DNA of 37,924 nucleotides, taken from the IMG/VR virus record IMGVR_UViG_3300044728_000092, positions 1 through 37,924 of that record; one strand, given 5' to 3'. Both the position numbers and the translations under genes were made by a program. The stretch is from a virus (lineage: Duplodnaviria > Caudoviricetes). Shown here piece by piece: positions 14,842 to 24,048 of this stretch. Numbering within the stretch: the first letter of the stretch is position 1; each line of letters starts with the position of its first letter. The notes beneath the pieces were generated by a model, which saw only the letters and a list, made by a program, of their open reading frames with translations, did not search any database and had not been told where the DNA came from.

Positions 14842-16134
14842 ATGTCCGAGACCAACATCGCGCCGAGCGCGCCCGCGCCTTCAGCCCCCGCACCCGCTCC
14901 CGCTCCGTCCAACGAGATGGCGATCGCGCCGGCCGCTCCGCCGCCGTCGACGGTCGGCTCGCAAGCCCCCGACAAGCCGGCGCAGGACGTCGTCAAAGGC
15001 CCCGCCGAGCATCGCCGCGACGTTATCCGCAGGGCGTTCCAGCGCACCACCGAGCCGGAGGCGGCGAAGCCCAGGATGGGCCACAACCAACCGCCCGAAC
15101 CGATGGAGCGCGAGAAGCCGCCGCTCGACCTCAAGAAGAAGCCGACCGAGCAAACGGGTTCCGATGCACCGCGCGAGCGCGCAGAACATGGCCATTTTGC
15201 TGCAAAAGCTACGCCGGAAAACGAGAAAAATATTCCGAGAAATATTCCGGGGGGGCAGTCAACCCCCGCTCCAACCCGGCCGCCTGCACCTCCGGCAACA
15301 TGGAACATCGTGCAGTTGCCTGCGGACGCTCCCCATCGCAACCCGCCGCGGCGCTGGAGCCAGCAAGCTCAGGCCGAGTGGGCCGCGGCGCCGGAGAGCG
15401 TGCGCGCCAGCGTCCAGCGCATGAACAAGGAGTTCTCGCAGCACTACGGCCGCATGCGCGCCGACACCGAGGCGATGAATGCCATCCGGCCATTTCACCA
15501 GATGGCGCAGCAGCACGGTACGACGCTCGACCGTGCGCTCAACAATTACGTCGGTATGGAGAATAAGCTGCGGGCCGACCCGATCGCCGGGCTCGACCTC
15601 ATTGTCAACAATCTCAATCTGCACACGCCGGACGGCCAGAAGCTGACGCTTCGCGACATCGCGTGGCATGTGCTAAATCAAACGCCGGACCAGCACAAGA
15701 CATTGCAGCTCGCCAACACGCAGACCGCCATCTCACATCAGATGGGGCAACTGCACCAACAGCAGCAGGCTATTGCACGCGGTTTGCAACAGTTGCATTA
15801 TGAGCGGCGCTTTTCTCACACACGCGCGGGCGTCGACCGGTTCGCCGAGACCCACCCGCGCCTGGACGAGCTAGGCGATTTGATCGAAAGGGAATTGAAG
15901 CTCGGCTTCGATCTCCCGACGGCCTACCAGCGGGCAGACCTTCTAAGGCCTGCCACGCACGCGGCTCAAACCCGCACCTCAGCGGCTCAAACCCGCACTT
16001 CCGACCGGTCAATACACGGCGCGCCCGATAGCGGCTCCTCGAACGGAGTCTCGCGTTCGCGCTCCGACAGTAAACCGGTTGGCCGCCGCGACTCGATTGC
16101 CAACGCCATCAAGCGCGTCAACGGGTCGCTTTGA
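14842..16134 (+). CDS. Scaffolding protein
   Basis: Directly before the MCP; Pro/Ala-rich disordered N-terminus, PPRRWS..A.AEW...PESVR motif, helical body and terminal helix RRDSIANAIKR; AGGAGAG RBS. Confidence 0.75.
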   Translation: MSETNIAPSAPAPSAPAPAPAPSNEMAIAPAAPPPSTVGSQAPDKPAQDVVKGPAEHRRDVIRRAFQRTTEPEAAKPRMGHNQPPEPMEREKPPLDLKKKPTEQTGSDAPRERAEHGHFAAKATPENEKNIPRNIPGGQSTPAPTRPPAPPATWNIVQLPADAPHRNPPRRWSQQAQAEWAAAPESVRASVQRMNKEFSQHYGRMRADTEAMNAIRPFHQMAQQHGTTLDRALNNYVGMENKLRADPIAGLDLIVNNLNLHTPDGQKLTLRDIAWHVLNQTPDQHKTLQLANTQTAISHQMGQLHQQQQAIARGLQQLHYERRFSHTRAGVDRFAETHPRLDELGDLIERELKLGFDLPTAYQRADLLRPATHAAQTRTSAAQTRTSDRSIHGAPDSGSSNGVSRSRSDSKPVGRRDSIANAIKRVNGSL

Positions 16135-16189
16135 GGTTTGACCCCGTAGAGCCCGCCAGGCGCTGCCGGCGCGGCCGTGGAGCGCGTCC

Positions 16190-17227
16190 ATGCCGAATAT
16201 CACGACAAATGCCCAATATCAGCAGATCCTCTCGATGAGCCTGGAGGACCGATCTTCGGGCTACCAGGATCTCGTCTCGAACAACAACGCACTTCTCGCG
16301 GTTCTCAAGCGCAAAGGCATGTGGCAGACATACAGTGGCCCGCGCATCCGCGAGACGCTGCAAATAGGGAAGCAGACGGCCCAGTGGTACTCGGGCTACG
16401 ACCAACTGCTCAACCCGGCGATCGATTTATTCAATGACGCGTTTTTCGAGCCCAAGATGGTCGTCGTGCCGATCATCTTGTCGTCCCAGGAATTGCTCAA
16501 CAATCAGGGCGAGGCGCAGCTGCTCGACGTGTTCGATTCCTACATTTCAGCCGCCGAGAAGAGCCTTAGCGACACCATGGATGCCGGCGTTTACAGCGAC
16601 GGCACGGCCAACGGCAACAAGCAGATCACTGGGCTCGCAACCGCGGTGCCCATCACCACCACCAGCGGCGTGTATGGCGGCATCGATCGCGCCACGGCGA
16701 CAATCTGGCGAACGACCACGTTCGACGCGAGCGGCGGCGCCGGCAGCGTGTCGCTCTCGGCAATCGGCACGCAGGTGACCTCGACAACCATTCGGCCAAT
16801 GTTGAACTTTGTGATGACGCGGCAATCGCGCGGCCGCGACTACGCCGACCTGCTGATCATGTCGCCGGAACACTATTCGGCCTATGACGCGGCCACGATC
16901 GCGATCCAGCGCCAGACCAATGAAACATCTTTGGGCAAGTTAGGCTTCAGTGCGCTCGAATACATCGGCGGCGGAAAGCGCGCCGAGATCGTGCTCGACG
17001 GCGGCATCGGCTCGAACATGCCGGCCAACACCACCTTCGGCCTCAACACCGACAGCTTGCGCCTGCGCTATCACCCTTCGCGCAACTTCGACAAGTTGTT
17101 TGACGGCGACGGGCAGATGCCCATCGACAAGGACGCTGTCGCTCAGTTCATCGGATGGATGGGTGAACTCACGATGGTCAACCCATTATTTTCTTGGCGC
17201 ATGTACGACTCCAACCCAGCCGCCTGA
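16190..17227 (+). CDS. Major capsid protein
   Basis: 345 aa after the scaffold; YQDLVSNNNALL, WYSGYDQL, YSDGTANGNKQITGL and YGGIDR motifs fit an HK97-fold podovirus MCP; followed by hairpins. Confidence 0.9.
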   Translation: MPNITTNAQYQQILSMSLEDRSSGYQDLVSNNNALLAVLKRKGMWQTYSGPRIRETLQIGKQTAQWYSGYDQLLNPAIDLFNDAFFEPKMVVVPIILSSQELLNNQGEAQLLDVFDSYISAAEKSLSDTMDAGVYSDGTANGNKQITGLATAVPITTTSGVYGGIDRATATIWRTTTFDASGGAGSVSLSAIGTQVTSTTIRPMLNFVMTRQSRGRDYADLLIMSPEHYSAYDAATIAIQRQTNETSLGKLGFSALEYIGGGKRAEIVLDGGIGSNMPANTTFGLNTDSLRLRYHPSRNFDKLFDGDGQMPIDKDAVAQFIGWMGELTMVNPLFSWRMYDSNPAA

Positions 17228-17243
17228 TGAACGGCTGATGAAT

Positions 17244-17360
17244 GCTCGCGAGGGGTAACCAGCCTCTCACGAGCTAGGCCGCCGTTTTACTTGGGAGAGT
17301 TTTACGGCGGCCCGCCAAGCGTCACCGCCCGTTCCTGTCCTTCGGGCGGGCGGTGACGCT
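17244..17360 (+). terminator. Three tandem stem-loops after the capsid gene
   Basis: Stems 17244-17255/17263-17274, 17277-17285/17304-17312 and 17318-17331/17347-17360 (the last is 14 bp, perfect). Confidence 0.65.
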
Positions 17361-17395
17361 CACGAAACGTAACAGCGATGTAACGAGGTAATCAC

Positions 17396-18133
17396 ATGCC
17401 AGCGACGAATCCCGACGATCTGCTGATCGTGCAGTTCAAGACTCTCGCGCTCGAAAATGAGGACAAGAGCAAACTCGCGGGCCGGCCGATTTTCGATGAC
17501 GTCGAGCAGGTGGAGATCCGCGGCCCCGGCTCGCGCAATTCGTCGGTGCAGCCGGCGAGCGCGGTGTGGGCTTGGGTGGACGACCCCTACACCGGCCGGC
17601 AGCGGCAGGTGACCTACGCCGAGCGGTTCAACCGGCAATACCAGCAGTTCAAGGAGCACCAGACACAGACTGCGTCGGGCACGCCGCTGGCGATGCTGCC
17701 GTTCCTGACCGAAGGGAAACGGGCCGAGCTGCGGGCGCTCAATGTCTACACGGTCGAGGCGCTCGCCGCCGTCGACGGCCAGGAACTCAAGAACCTCGGG
17801 CATGGCGGGCGCGAACTCAAGAACAAGGCGGAGGAGTACATCGCCAGGGCCATGCAGGCTGCCCCCGACATGCAATTGCGGGCGCAGTTGGAAGCCCTGC
17901 GGGCGCGCGCGGAAGTGCTGGAAGCCGACAACGCGATGCTGAAGGGGAAAGCCGTCCCATCGCCTACAAACGCTGCCGAGGAGAGTCCTGCCGATACTGC
18001 CTTTGACGACATGAGCGTCGAGCAACTGCGCGACTATATCGCGACCCACACCGGCGTGGAGCCGGTCGGCACGCCGAGCCGCAAGAACCTGCTTCGGATG
18101 GCGGCGGAGGCACGGCCCAACAAGGCAGCGTAA
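17396..18133 (+). CDS. Conserved phage protein downstream of the MCP
   Basis: GAGG RBS; GRPIFDDVEQVEI, SGTPL and NVYTVEALA motifs; coiled coil; small C-terminal helical domain. Confidence 0.75.
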   Translation: MPATNPDDLLIVQFKTLALENEDKSKLAGRPIFDDVEQVEIRGPGSRNSSVQPASAVWAWVDDPYTGRQRQVTYAERFNRQYQQFKEHQTQTASGTPLAMLPFLTEGKRAELRALNVYTVEALAAVDGQELKNLGHGGRELKNKAEEYIARAMQAAPDMQLRAQLEALRARAEVLEADNAMLKGKAVPSPTNAAEESPADTAFDDMSVEQLRDYIATHTGVEPVGTPSRKNLLRMAAEARPNKAA

Positions 18134-18864
18134 TGACCCTATTGACGGTGGTGAATGACGTTTGCGCGGCGGTCGGCGTCCATCAGACGACGTCCGTGGT
18201 CGCCAATATCAACGCCAACCGCACCATGTTCGAGATGCTGGCGCTGGCCAACGAGATGGCGGCGCGCATCGCCGGCGACATGCGCGACTGGACGATGCTG
18301 CGCAAGCAGACGACGTTGACCGGCACTGGCGTGCTGGTGGGCAACGTCATGACCGGTACCGAGGCATTCCCCTTGCCGGCCGACTACCTGCGCATGCTGA
18401 CCAACTCCCACGTCTGGCGCTCGACCTCGACGCTACAGCCGATGCAGTTTGTTCCCAACACCGACGAGTGGCTGCAACGCCGCTCGGCCAACTGGTCCCA
18501 CGCCTGGGGCGAATGGACGATCTTTGGCGGGCAGATACACATCTGGCCAATCATGGGCGTGGGCACGACGGCAAGATTTTCCTATCTCGACAAGAACCCC
18601 ATCGCGCTGGCCTCAAGCGGCTTCGGCGACCGCTTCGTGGCCGACGGCGACACCTATCGCTTGCCCGAGCGCATCCTCAAGCTCGGCATGCTCTGGCAGT
18701 GGAAGGCCAACAAGGGCTCGCCCTACGCCGAGGACATGGGCACCTGGGGCGACGCCATGGCCCTTGCGATGGGGACTGACAGTCCGGCGCCGATCATCAT
18801 CGATCGCCTGCCGATCTCGGCGCATGCCCGCACGGCATATCCCTGGCAGGTGCCGACGCCATGA
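18133..18864 (+). CDS. Head-tail adaptor (tail tubular protein A-like)
   Basis: MTLLTVVNDVC N-terminus, DW..LRK, F.LPADY.R and LKLGMLWQWK..KG..Y; position before the nozzle. Confidence 0.7.
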   Translation: MTLLTVVNDVCAAVGVHQTTSVVANINANRTMFEMLALANEMAARIAGDMRDWTMLRKQTTLTGTGVLVGNVMTGTEAFPLPADYLRMLTNSHVWRSTSTLQPMQFVPNTDEWLQRRSANWSHAWGEWTIFGGQIHIWPIMGVGTTARFSYLDKNPIALASSGFGDRFVADGDTYRLPERILKLGMLWQWKANKGSPYAEDMGTWGDAMALAMGTDSPAPIIIDRLPISAHARTAYPWQVPTP

Positions 18865-18874
18865 GTAATGCATC

Positions 18875-20779
18875 ATGAGCGCGCACGCCGCCTTCCGCCG
18901 CCAGCCGGTTGACCAACAGGTCGCGCAGCACCTGCGCACCATCACGATCCCGGCGCCAACGCGCGGCATCATCCAGAACGAAAACGAAGCCTACATGCAG
19001 CCCGGCGGGGCGCTGGTGCAGGACAACTGGGCGCCGACCACGCGCGGCGTTAAACTGCGCGGTGGCTATGTGCGGTGGTGCGACCTGCACGCGCTCGACG
19101 TTGCGGGCGCTGTCGCGTGGGCGAACGCCACGCTCTACAACACGCTCGGCGCCGTGAAGTTTGACGAGAGGCTGGGCACGTTCTGGAATGTTGCCGTCAG
19201 CCACACTAGCGCGGCGTCGGGCACGTTTGCCGATGACCGCGCAGCGCACCCGACGTTCTGGACGGCGAATCCGACAGTCATAACGCGAAAGCCCGTTATC
19301 TCCGCGTTCGAGTATGTCAGCGGCAACGTGCAGCGCATGTATGCCGGCCAAGACACCAAGCTATTCGACGTGACCAGTGCAACGCCCGTGCTGATCAAGT
19401 CGGGCCAGACATCCGGCAACTACGTCGCGGCACAGCTCGCCAACGCCGCCGGGGGTGCCACCGGCACCAACTGGATGGTCGCCTGCAACGAGAGCGGCGA
19501 TTACCCGCTGCGGTTCAACGGCACGAGCTGGGTGACGCTCGACGGCACGGCGGGCGCGCCCGCGCCAACAGACGGCGCCGCCAAGATCACCGGCCCCGCC
19601 GGCTCCGCGGTCGAGTTCGGCCGCAACCTCTCCTACGTCTGGAAATACCGCGGCCGGCTCTACTTCATCGAGGCCGGCTCGATGAATGCGTGGTATCTGC
19701 CGATCGACTCAGTTGGCGGCCTGCTGGCGAAGATCCCGCTGGCAGGGGCCGCGTCTCGTGGCGGAAAGCTGGTCTCCGGCGCAAGCTGGTCGCTCGACGC
19801 GGGCGACGGCATCGACGACAAGAACGTCTTCATCACCTCGGAAGGCGAGGTGCTCATCTTCACGGGCTCGAACCCCTCCGACGCAGCCAACTGGCGGCAA
19901 GAGGGGCGCTACATGACCTCGCCGCCGATGGGCATGAACGCGCATATCAGCGTCGGCGGCGATCTTCTGTTGCTCACCGTCGACGGCATCATTCCGCTGT
20001 CGCAGGCCATCACCAAGGAAGCCGGGCAGCTCGAGCTCGCCATGCTCACGCGCACGATCAAACCATTGTGGCGGGAAGCGGTGGCGGAAAAGCGCGCGTG
20101 GCCGTGGACGGCAAAGAAATGGGACGAGTATGGCGGCGACTTCGTTGCTCTGCCCGGTGGCAAGCCGGGCGAGCGGTTCTGCCTGGTGGTCAATAACATC
20201 ACGGGCGCTTGGTGCAGGTTTCTCGGATACGACGCGACGTGCTTCATCCGCATGCGCGCGGATATGTTCTTCGGCACGCAGGACGGCATCATCATGCAGG
20301 CCGACCGCACCGGCCTCGATGACGGCCGCGCTTATGTCGCGACATTGGTGGGCGGATGGGAAATGTTTGGCGCGCCGTCCGCGCAGTTCGTGTGGCATCA
20401 GGCCCGCGCGACGTTCAAGTCGAGCGCCGGCGAACCGTTCGTCCCGCAGCTCGCGGCGACGGTCGACAACCTCATCGTCATTCCGCAGCCGCCACCTCCC
20501 GGCCCCGATCCGGGCCTGCGCGACGTGTGGGACCAGGCGCTATGGGGACCGGCGGGTGCGGTAATCCCGCCATCCCCCGCCGACATCGCGCAGTACGGGC
20601 AGTGGGACCAGCCGGCGCTGCTCGTCATCCCGGCGCGCAACACCCTGTGGATCTCGATCGGCGAGACCGGCTATTCGCACGCGCCCATCGTGCAGGTCAC
20701 GGTGGCGCAGCAGGCCAGGCCGGACGTGGAGCTGATCGCGATCGCGGCGGTGTATGAACCGGCCGGTGTCAACGTCTAG
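18875..20779 (+). CDS. Tail nozzle / DNA stabilisation protein (P22 gp10, T7 gp12-like)
   Basis: 634 aa, beta-rich (propeller-like); IPAPTRG and DNW.PT..GVKLRGG motifs; follows the adaptor. Confidence 0.75.
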   Translation: MSAHAAFRRQPVDQQVAQHLRTITIPAPTRGIIQNENEAYMQPGGALVQDNWAPTTRGVKLRGGYVRWCDLHALDVAGAVAWANATLYNTLGAVKFDERLGTFWNVAVSHTSAASGTFADDRAAHPTFWTANPTVITRKPVISAFEYVSGNVQRMYAGQDTKLFDVTSATPVLIKSGQTSGNYVAAQLANAAGGATGTNWMVACNESGDYPLRFNGTSWVTLDGTAGAPAPTDGAAKITGPAGSAVEFGRNLSYVWKYRGRLYFIEAGSMNAWYLPIDSVGGLLAKIPLAGAASRGGKLVSGASWSLDAGDGIDDKNVFITSEGEVLIFTGSNPSDAANWRQEGRYMTSPPMGMNAHISVGGDLLLLTVDGIIPLSQAITKEAGQLELAMLTRTIKPLWREAVAEKRAWPWTAKKWDEYGGDFVALPGGKPGERFCLVVNNITGAWCRFLGYDATCFIRMRADMFFGTQDGIIMQADRTGLDDGRAYVATLVGGWEMFGAPSAQFVWHQARATFKSSAGEPFVPQLAATVDNLIVIPQPPPPGPDPGLRDVWDQALWGPAGAVIPPSPADIAQYGQWDQPALLVIPARNTLWISIGETGYSHAPIVQVTVAQQARPDVELIAIAAVYEPAGVNV

Positions 20780-20784
20780 GGAGA

Positions 20785-22113
20785 GTGGCCGTGGATCAGG
20801 AGGAGTATTTCAGGATGTTACAGGCCGGCATCAATCCCGACAGCATTGCCAACTTGCCTCCTGACGTGCGCGACCGGATCGTGGCGGCGCTGCTGGCGCA
20901 GCGGGGCGGGGACGGCCTCGGCGACGGAGGCTTCCCCGGCGGCGGCCCCCCTTCTGCCGGTCCTAATGTCGGGACGCCGCCCTCGGCTCCTGAAGCACCG
21001 ACCGGTAATCCGCCGACTGGTAATCCGCCGACCGGTAATCCGCCGACTGGTAATCCGCCGACTGGTAATCCGCCGACTGGTAATCCGCCGACCGGTAATC
21101 CGCCTGCCGCCAGTCCGTTTGACAATCCAGCCCCGGTTACGGCGGAAGAATTGGCCGCCATGGGCAACCCCGGCATCTTCGGCAGCTACGGCCCGCTCAC
21201 CAGCGGCTACAACGACCCCAATAATCCTTATGATAACGCCGCCGTCGCCTCTCCTGGCAGTGCTGCTGTTCCTGGCGCTCCCGGCTTTGGCTATGGCCCC
21301 GGCGTGTCCGGTACGCCACCATCGGCAGCACCCCCGCCCGCTAGTCAAGAGCAGTACGGCCCTGCCACTCCGCCCGGATTTGGCCTGGAGACATATGGCC
21401 CGCCGGTAGAAGGTGCGTTTGGCCCGGCTGGAAACTATGGATATGGCTCCCAGCCTGCGAGCACCTACGGCGCTCCCGGAACGCCCTTCGGCGGCGGCGT
21501 GTTTGGCGGCGTGACGCCGGCAAGCCAGGAGAATGTTCCTGGTAGTTTCGGGACGCCTTTCGGCGGCCTCGACCAACCCTACGGCGGTCAGCAGGGCTTC
21601 GGCACTTCGCTGGGGGCGCCTGCGCAGGGCGGCAAGGGTAACTTCGGGGCCCTTGACGATCCCTACAGCGCCTATGCCAGCGCGCCCCCTCCTGGAGGTC
21701 TTCCCGCAGGCGTTCCTTTCGGCGGCGTTCCTTTCGGTGTGGACCCCGAGGAGGTGGCATTTGGCGATCCCTATGGCGTCGGCTTTGGCGATCCCTATGG
21801 CGTCGGCTTTGGCGATCCCTATGGCGTCGGCTTTGGCGACCCCTACGGCGGCTACGGTGATGTCCCTGGCGGCGTCGAGGGCTACGGTGACGCAGCCGCC
21901 GCCGCCGCAGGCACCGGCTACGGTGACGCAGCCGCCGCCGCCGCAGGCACCGGCTACGGCGATGTAGGCGGCGGCTACGGCGATGTCGGCGGTGGCGGTG
22001 CTGCTGGCGCAGGTGCAGGCGCAGCCGCAGACGCCGCAGATGCAGCCGCAGACGCAGCCGGCGCCGAGGGTCCAAGCGACGACGATGACGACGACGACGA
22101 TGACGGTGAATAA
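20785..22113 (+). CDS. Gly/Pro/Tyr-rich multi-repeat protein with poly-Asp tail
   Basis: (TGNPP)x7, (FGDPYGVG)x3-4, (GYGDAAAAAAGT)x2, D9 tail; GTG start after AGGGAG. Confidence 0.75.
   Translation: MAVDQEEYFRMLQAGINPDSIANLPPDVRDRIVAALLAQRGGDGLGDGGFPGGGPPSAGPNVGTPPSAPEAPTGNPPTGNPPTGNPPTGNPPTGNPPTGNPPTGNPPAASPFDNPAPVTAEELAAMGNPGIFGSYGPLTSGYNDPNNPYDNAAVASPGSAAVPGAPGFGYGPGVSGTPPSAAPPPASQEQYGPATPPGFGLETYGPPVEGAFGPAGNYGYGSQPASTYGAPGTPFGGGVFGGVTPASQENVPGSFGTPFGGLDQPYGGQQGFGTSLGAPAQGGKGNFGALDDPYSAYASAPPPGGLPAGVPFGGVPFGVDPEEVAFGDPYGVGFGDPYGVGFGDPYGVGFGDPYGGYGDVPGGVEGYGDAAAAAAGTGYGDAAAAAAGTGYGDVGGGYGDVGGGGAAGAGAGAAADAADAAADAAGAEGPSDDDDDDDDDGE
21001..21105 (+). repeat. 15-bp tandem repeat x7
   Basis: AC(C/T)GGTAATCCGCC(G/T) units at 21001, 21016, 21031, 21046, 21061, 21076 and 21091. 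Confidence 0.95.
21760..21960 (+). repeat. 24-bp x3.7 and 36-bp x2 tandem repeats
   Basis: TTTGGCGATCCCTATGGCGTCGGC at 21760, 21784, 21808 and 21832 (partial); GGCTACGGTGACGCAGCCGCCGCCGCCGCAGGCACC at 21880 and 21916. Confidence 0.9.
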
Positions 22114-22116
22114 GCC

Positions 22117-22767
22117 ATGGCTCTTGCACTTGTAGCAGAGCGCGAACAGCCGCCATCAGGCGTCGAGACGCCGTCTTCGCGGCTGATGCCGGACAGCTTC
22201 AAGATCGACAATCTGCTGACCGAGCAGCAGCGGCAGCCGCTGTACAACTTCTTGCGCCGAGGCGGCTGGAAGTACGGCTGGAAGTCGAACGGCAAGGAGG
22301 ACACTTTTGCGTTTTGGCACCGGCACTTCGCCGGTCATCTGCACAAGAACAAGACACCAGCCTACGACTGCGCCGAGGAACTGAAGAAAAATGTGCCGCC
22401 GCTGTTTGGGATTTGGCAGGAGCTGGAGCAGCGGATATTCAACGGCCACACGCTGATCCGCTGCTACGCCAATGCGCACGCCTACGGCATCGACGGCACG
22501 ATCCACACCGACTCGCGCAAGGATAACCGCTACACGGCGGTCTACTATCCGCACGACGCCTGGGAGCCGAATTGGGGAGGCGAGACGGTGCTGTTTAACC
22601 AGGACAAGACCGATATCGTCGGCGCATTCTATCCAAAGCCGAACCGTCTCGCTGTGTTCAAGGGCAACATCCCGCACGTCGCGCGCGGCGTCAGCAGGAC
22701 GTGCCCGGTGTTGAGGATCACACTCATGTTTAAGACGTCCAGCGAGCCGCTCGATGATAAGAGATGA
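22117..22767 (+). CDS. 2OG-Fe(II) oxygenase, prolyl 4-hydroxylase-like
   Basis: HTD...H facial triad (IHTDS, IPHVA), TAVYY....W...WGGET, PKPNRLAVF and the 2OG-binding R in LRITLMFK. Confidence 0.9.
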   Translation: MALALVAEREQPPSGVETPSSRLMPDSFKIDNLLTEQQRQPLYNFLRRGGWKYGWKSNGKEDTFAFWHRHFAGHLHKNKTPAYDCAEELKKNVPPLFGIWQELEQRIFNGHTLIRCYANAHAYGIDGTIHTDSRKDNRYTAVYYPHDAWEPNWGGETVLFNQDKTDIVGAFYPKPNRLAVFKGNIPHVARGVSRTCPVLRITLMFKTSSEPLDDKR

Positions 22768-23221
22768 ATACAAGCAGTTCCTGCTCGGCCCCGCCAGTGC
22801 CGGCAAGACCCGGCATAGTGGTCGCATGCTTTACGAGCACCTCTGTGGCACACACAAGCTGCTCGAGGAGTGGGGTAATAGCGAGAATGTCTGCACCGCC
22901 GGCCTGTTCCACTCGATCTACGGAACTAAGCGGTTCCGCTACCAATCCTGGCCGGTCAAGGATCGTGGGACGATCCAAAAGCTGATCGGCTATGAGCCAG
23001 AACAGATGGCGTGGATGTTCTGCACGGCCGACAGACCGAAGGCATGGTTTGTCGAGACGACCGAGCCAACCGAATACATGCGCTCGCTGCGCGAGATCGA
23101 GGCCGCCAACCTGATCGAGCAGGGCAGCGGCTCGCATTGGCTCACGCGCCTGCGCAACAGCGACATCAGCGAGGCAGCCAAGGCCGCTGTAGATCGGCAT
23201 CTCAGCGCGAGAGCGGCATGA
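22754..23221 (+). CDS. DUF6817-like protein (HD-hydrolase-like fold)
   Basis: HSGRMLYEHLCGT...W.....C.AGLFHSIYGT...R..I..LIG; overlaps the oxygenase stop. Confidence 0.75.
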   Translation: MIRDEYKQFLLGPASAGKTRHSGRMLYEHLCGTHKLLEEWGNSENVCTAGLFHSIYGTKRFRYQSWPVKDRGTIQKLIGYEPEQMAWMFCTADRPKAWFVETTEPTEYMRSLREIEAANLIEQGSGSHWLTRLRNSDISEAAKAAVDRHLSARAA

Positions 23222-23703
23222 CCCTTAAATACCTCTACGGCCAGGACGAGCTCGTCGCGGATTTCGTCGCGAAAATGATCCCGCACGTTCGCGCCTTCGG
23301 CTTCGGCAAGTTCAAGGCCATCGGCGTCTGCGAGAACAACGAGCTGATCGCCGGCATCGTTTTTCACAGCCTGGCGCCCGAGGCTGGACTTATGGAACTG
23401 AGCGCCGCGGCTCTGCCGGGCCGGCAGTGGTGCACGCGCGAGACGCTGCGACAGATGTATAATTTTTGTTTCGTTCAGTGCAAATGCCAGATGGTCGTAA
23501 ATAAGGTCCTAGCTTCGGACGTGCGCCATCTCAGGGAGCTTGCCGTGCTCGGATATTCGCTCATCGAGTTTCCGCGCCTGTTTGGCCGCGACAAGGACGG
23601 CGTGATTTGCCGATTGACGGATGATGCTTGGCGCGCAAACAAGATATTCCGTAGGATCAACCGTCCTATGATCGACCTGAATAGATTGGGAGAAGCCGCA
23701 TGA
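23218..23703 (+). CDS. GNAT-fold acetyltransferase-like virion-assembly protein
   Basis: AIGV.....LIAGIVFH, ELSAAA...WCTRETL..MY.F.F and LGY.....PRLFGRD.DG; usual podovirus position before the ejection genes. Confidence 0.7.
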   Translation: MTLKYLYGQDELVADFVAKMIPHVRAFGFGKFKAIGVCENNELIAGIVFHSLAPEAGLMELSAAALPGRQWCTRETLRQMYNFCFVQCKCQMVVNKVLASDVRHLRELAVLGYSLIEFPRLFGRDKDGVICRLTDDAWRANKIFRRINRPMIDLNRLGEAA

Positions 23704-24038
23704 GCGACGCATATGGAATGTCTCCGCAAGGCGGCGATCAGCGAAATCGCATCACGGCCGCGCTCATGAACATCCAGCAACCCCCGCCAGCCCCTGCCGG
23801 CGGCGCGATGCAAAGCCTCGCAGGCAGCGTGCCGCAGCAGCCGCTCGGCATGCTGCCGCAGAGCCAGCCGGCGGCGCTCGGGGCGGCAGCTCCGCCCATG
23901 GGGGCTATGGGTCCGGTGGGAGGACCGATGCAGCCAGGCTTGCGCCTGCCCGGCATCACGCCGCCCGGACAGTTGCCCTTAGGAATGGCACCGCAACAGC
24001 AACAGCCCGGCCAGCAGGGCGTGCAGCAGCCGTATTAG
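23700..24038 (+). CDS. Pro/Gln/Met-rich low-complexity protein
   Basis: ATGA overlap; RNRITAALM helix followed by a disordered P/Q/G/M tract. Confidence 0.65.
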   Translation: MSDAYGMSPQGGDQRNRITAALMNIQQPPPAPAGGAMQSLAGSVPQQPLGMLPQSQPAALGAAAPPMGAMGPVGGPMQPGLRLPGITPPGQLPLGMAPQQQQPGQQGVQQPY

Positions 24039-24048
24039 GGAGGAAGGC

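Noticed and set aside
15961-15999. 21-bp-period duplication (AAQTRT x2) in the scaffold as a regulatory site
   Set aside because: It is an in-frame duplication in a disordered linker, with no other support.
17150-17260. Programmed frameshift or readthrough extending the capsid protein
   Set aside because: There are tandem TGA stops, no convincing slippery heptamer and no substantial downstream ORF to fuse.
21001-21960. CRISPR array
   Set aside because: The repeats are head-to-tail, multiples of 3 bp, have no unique spacers and lie in an ORF; there are no cas genes.
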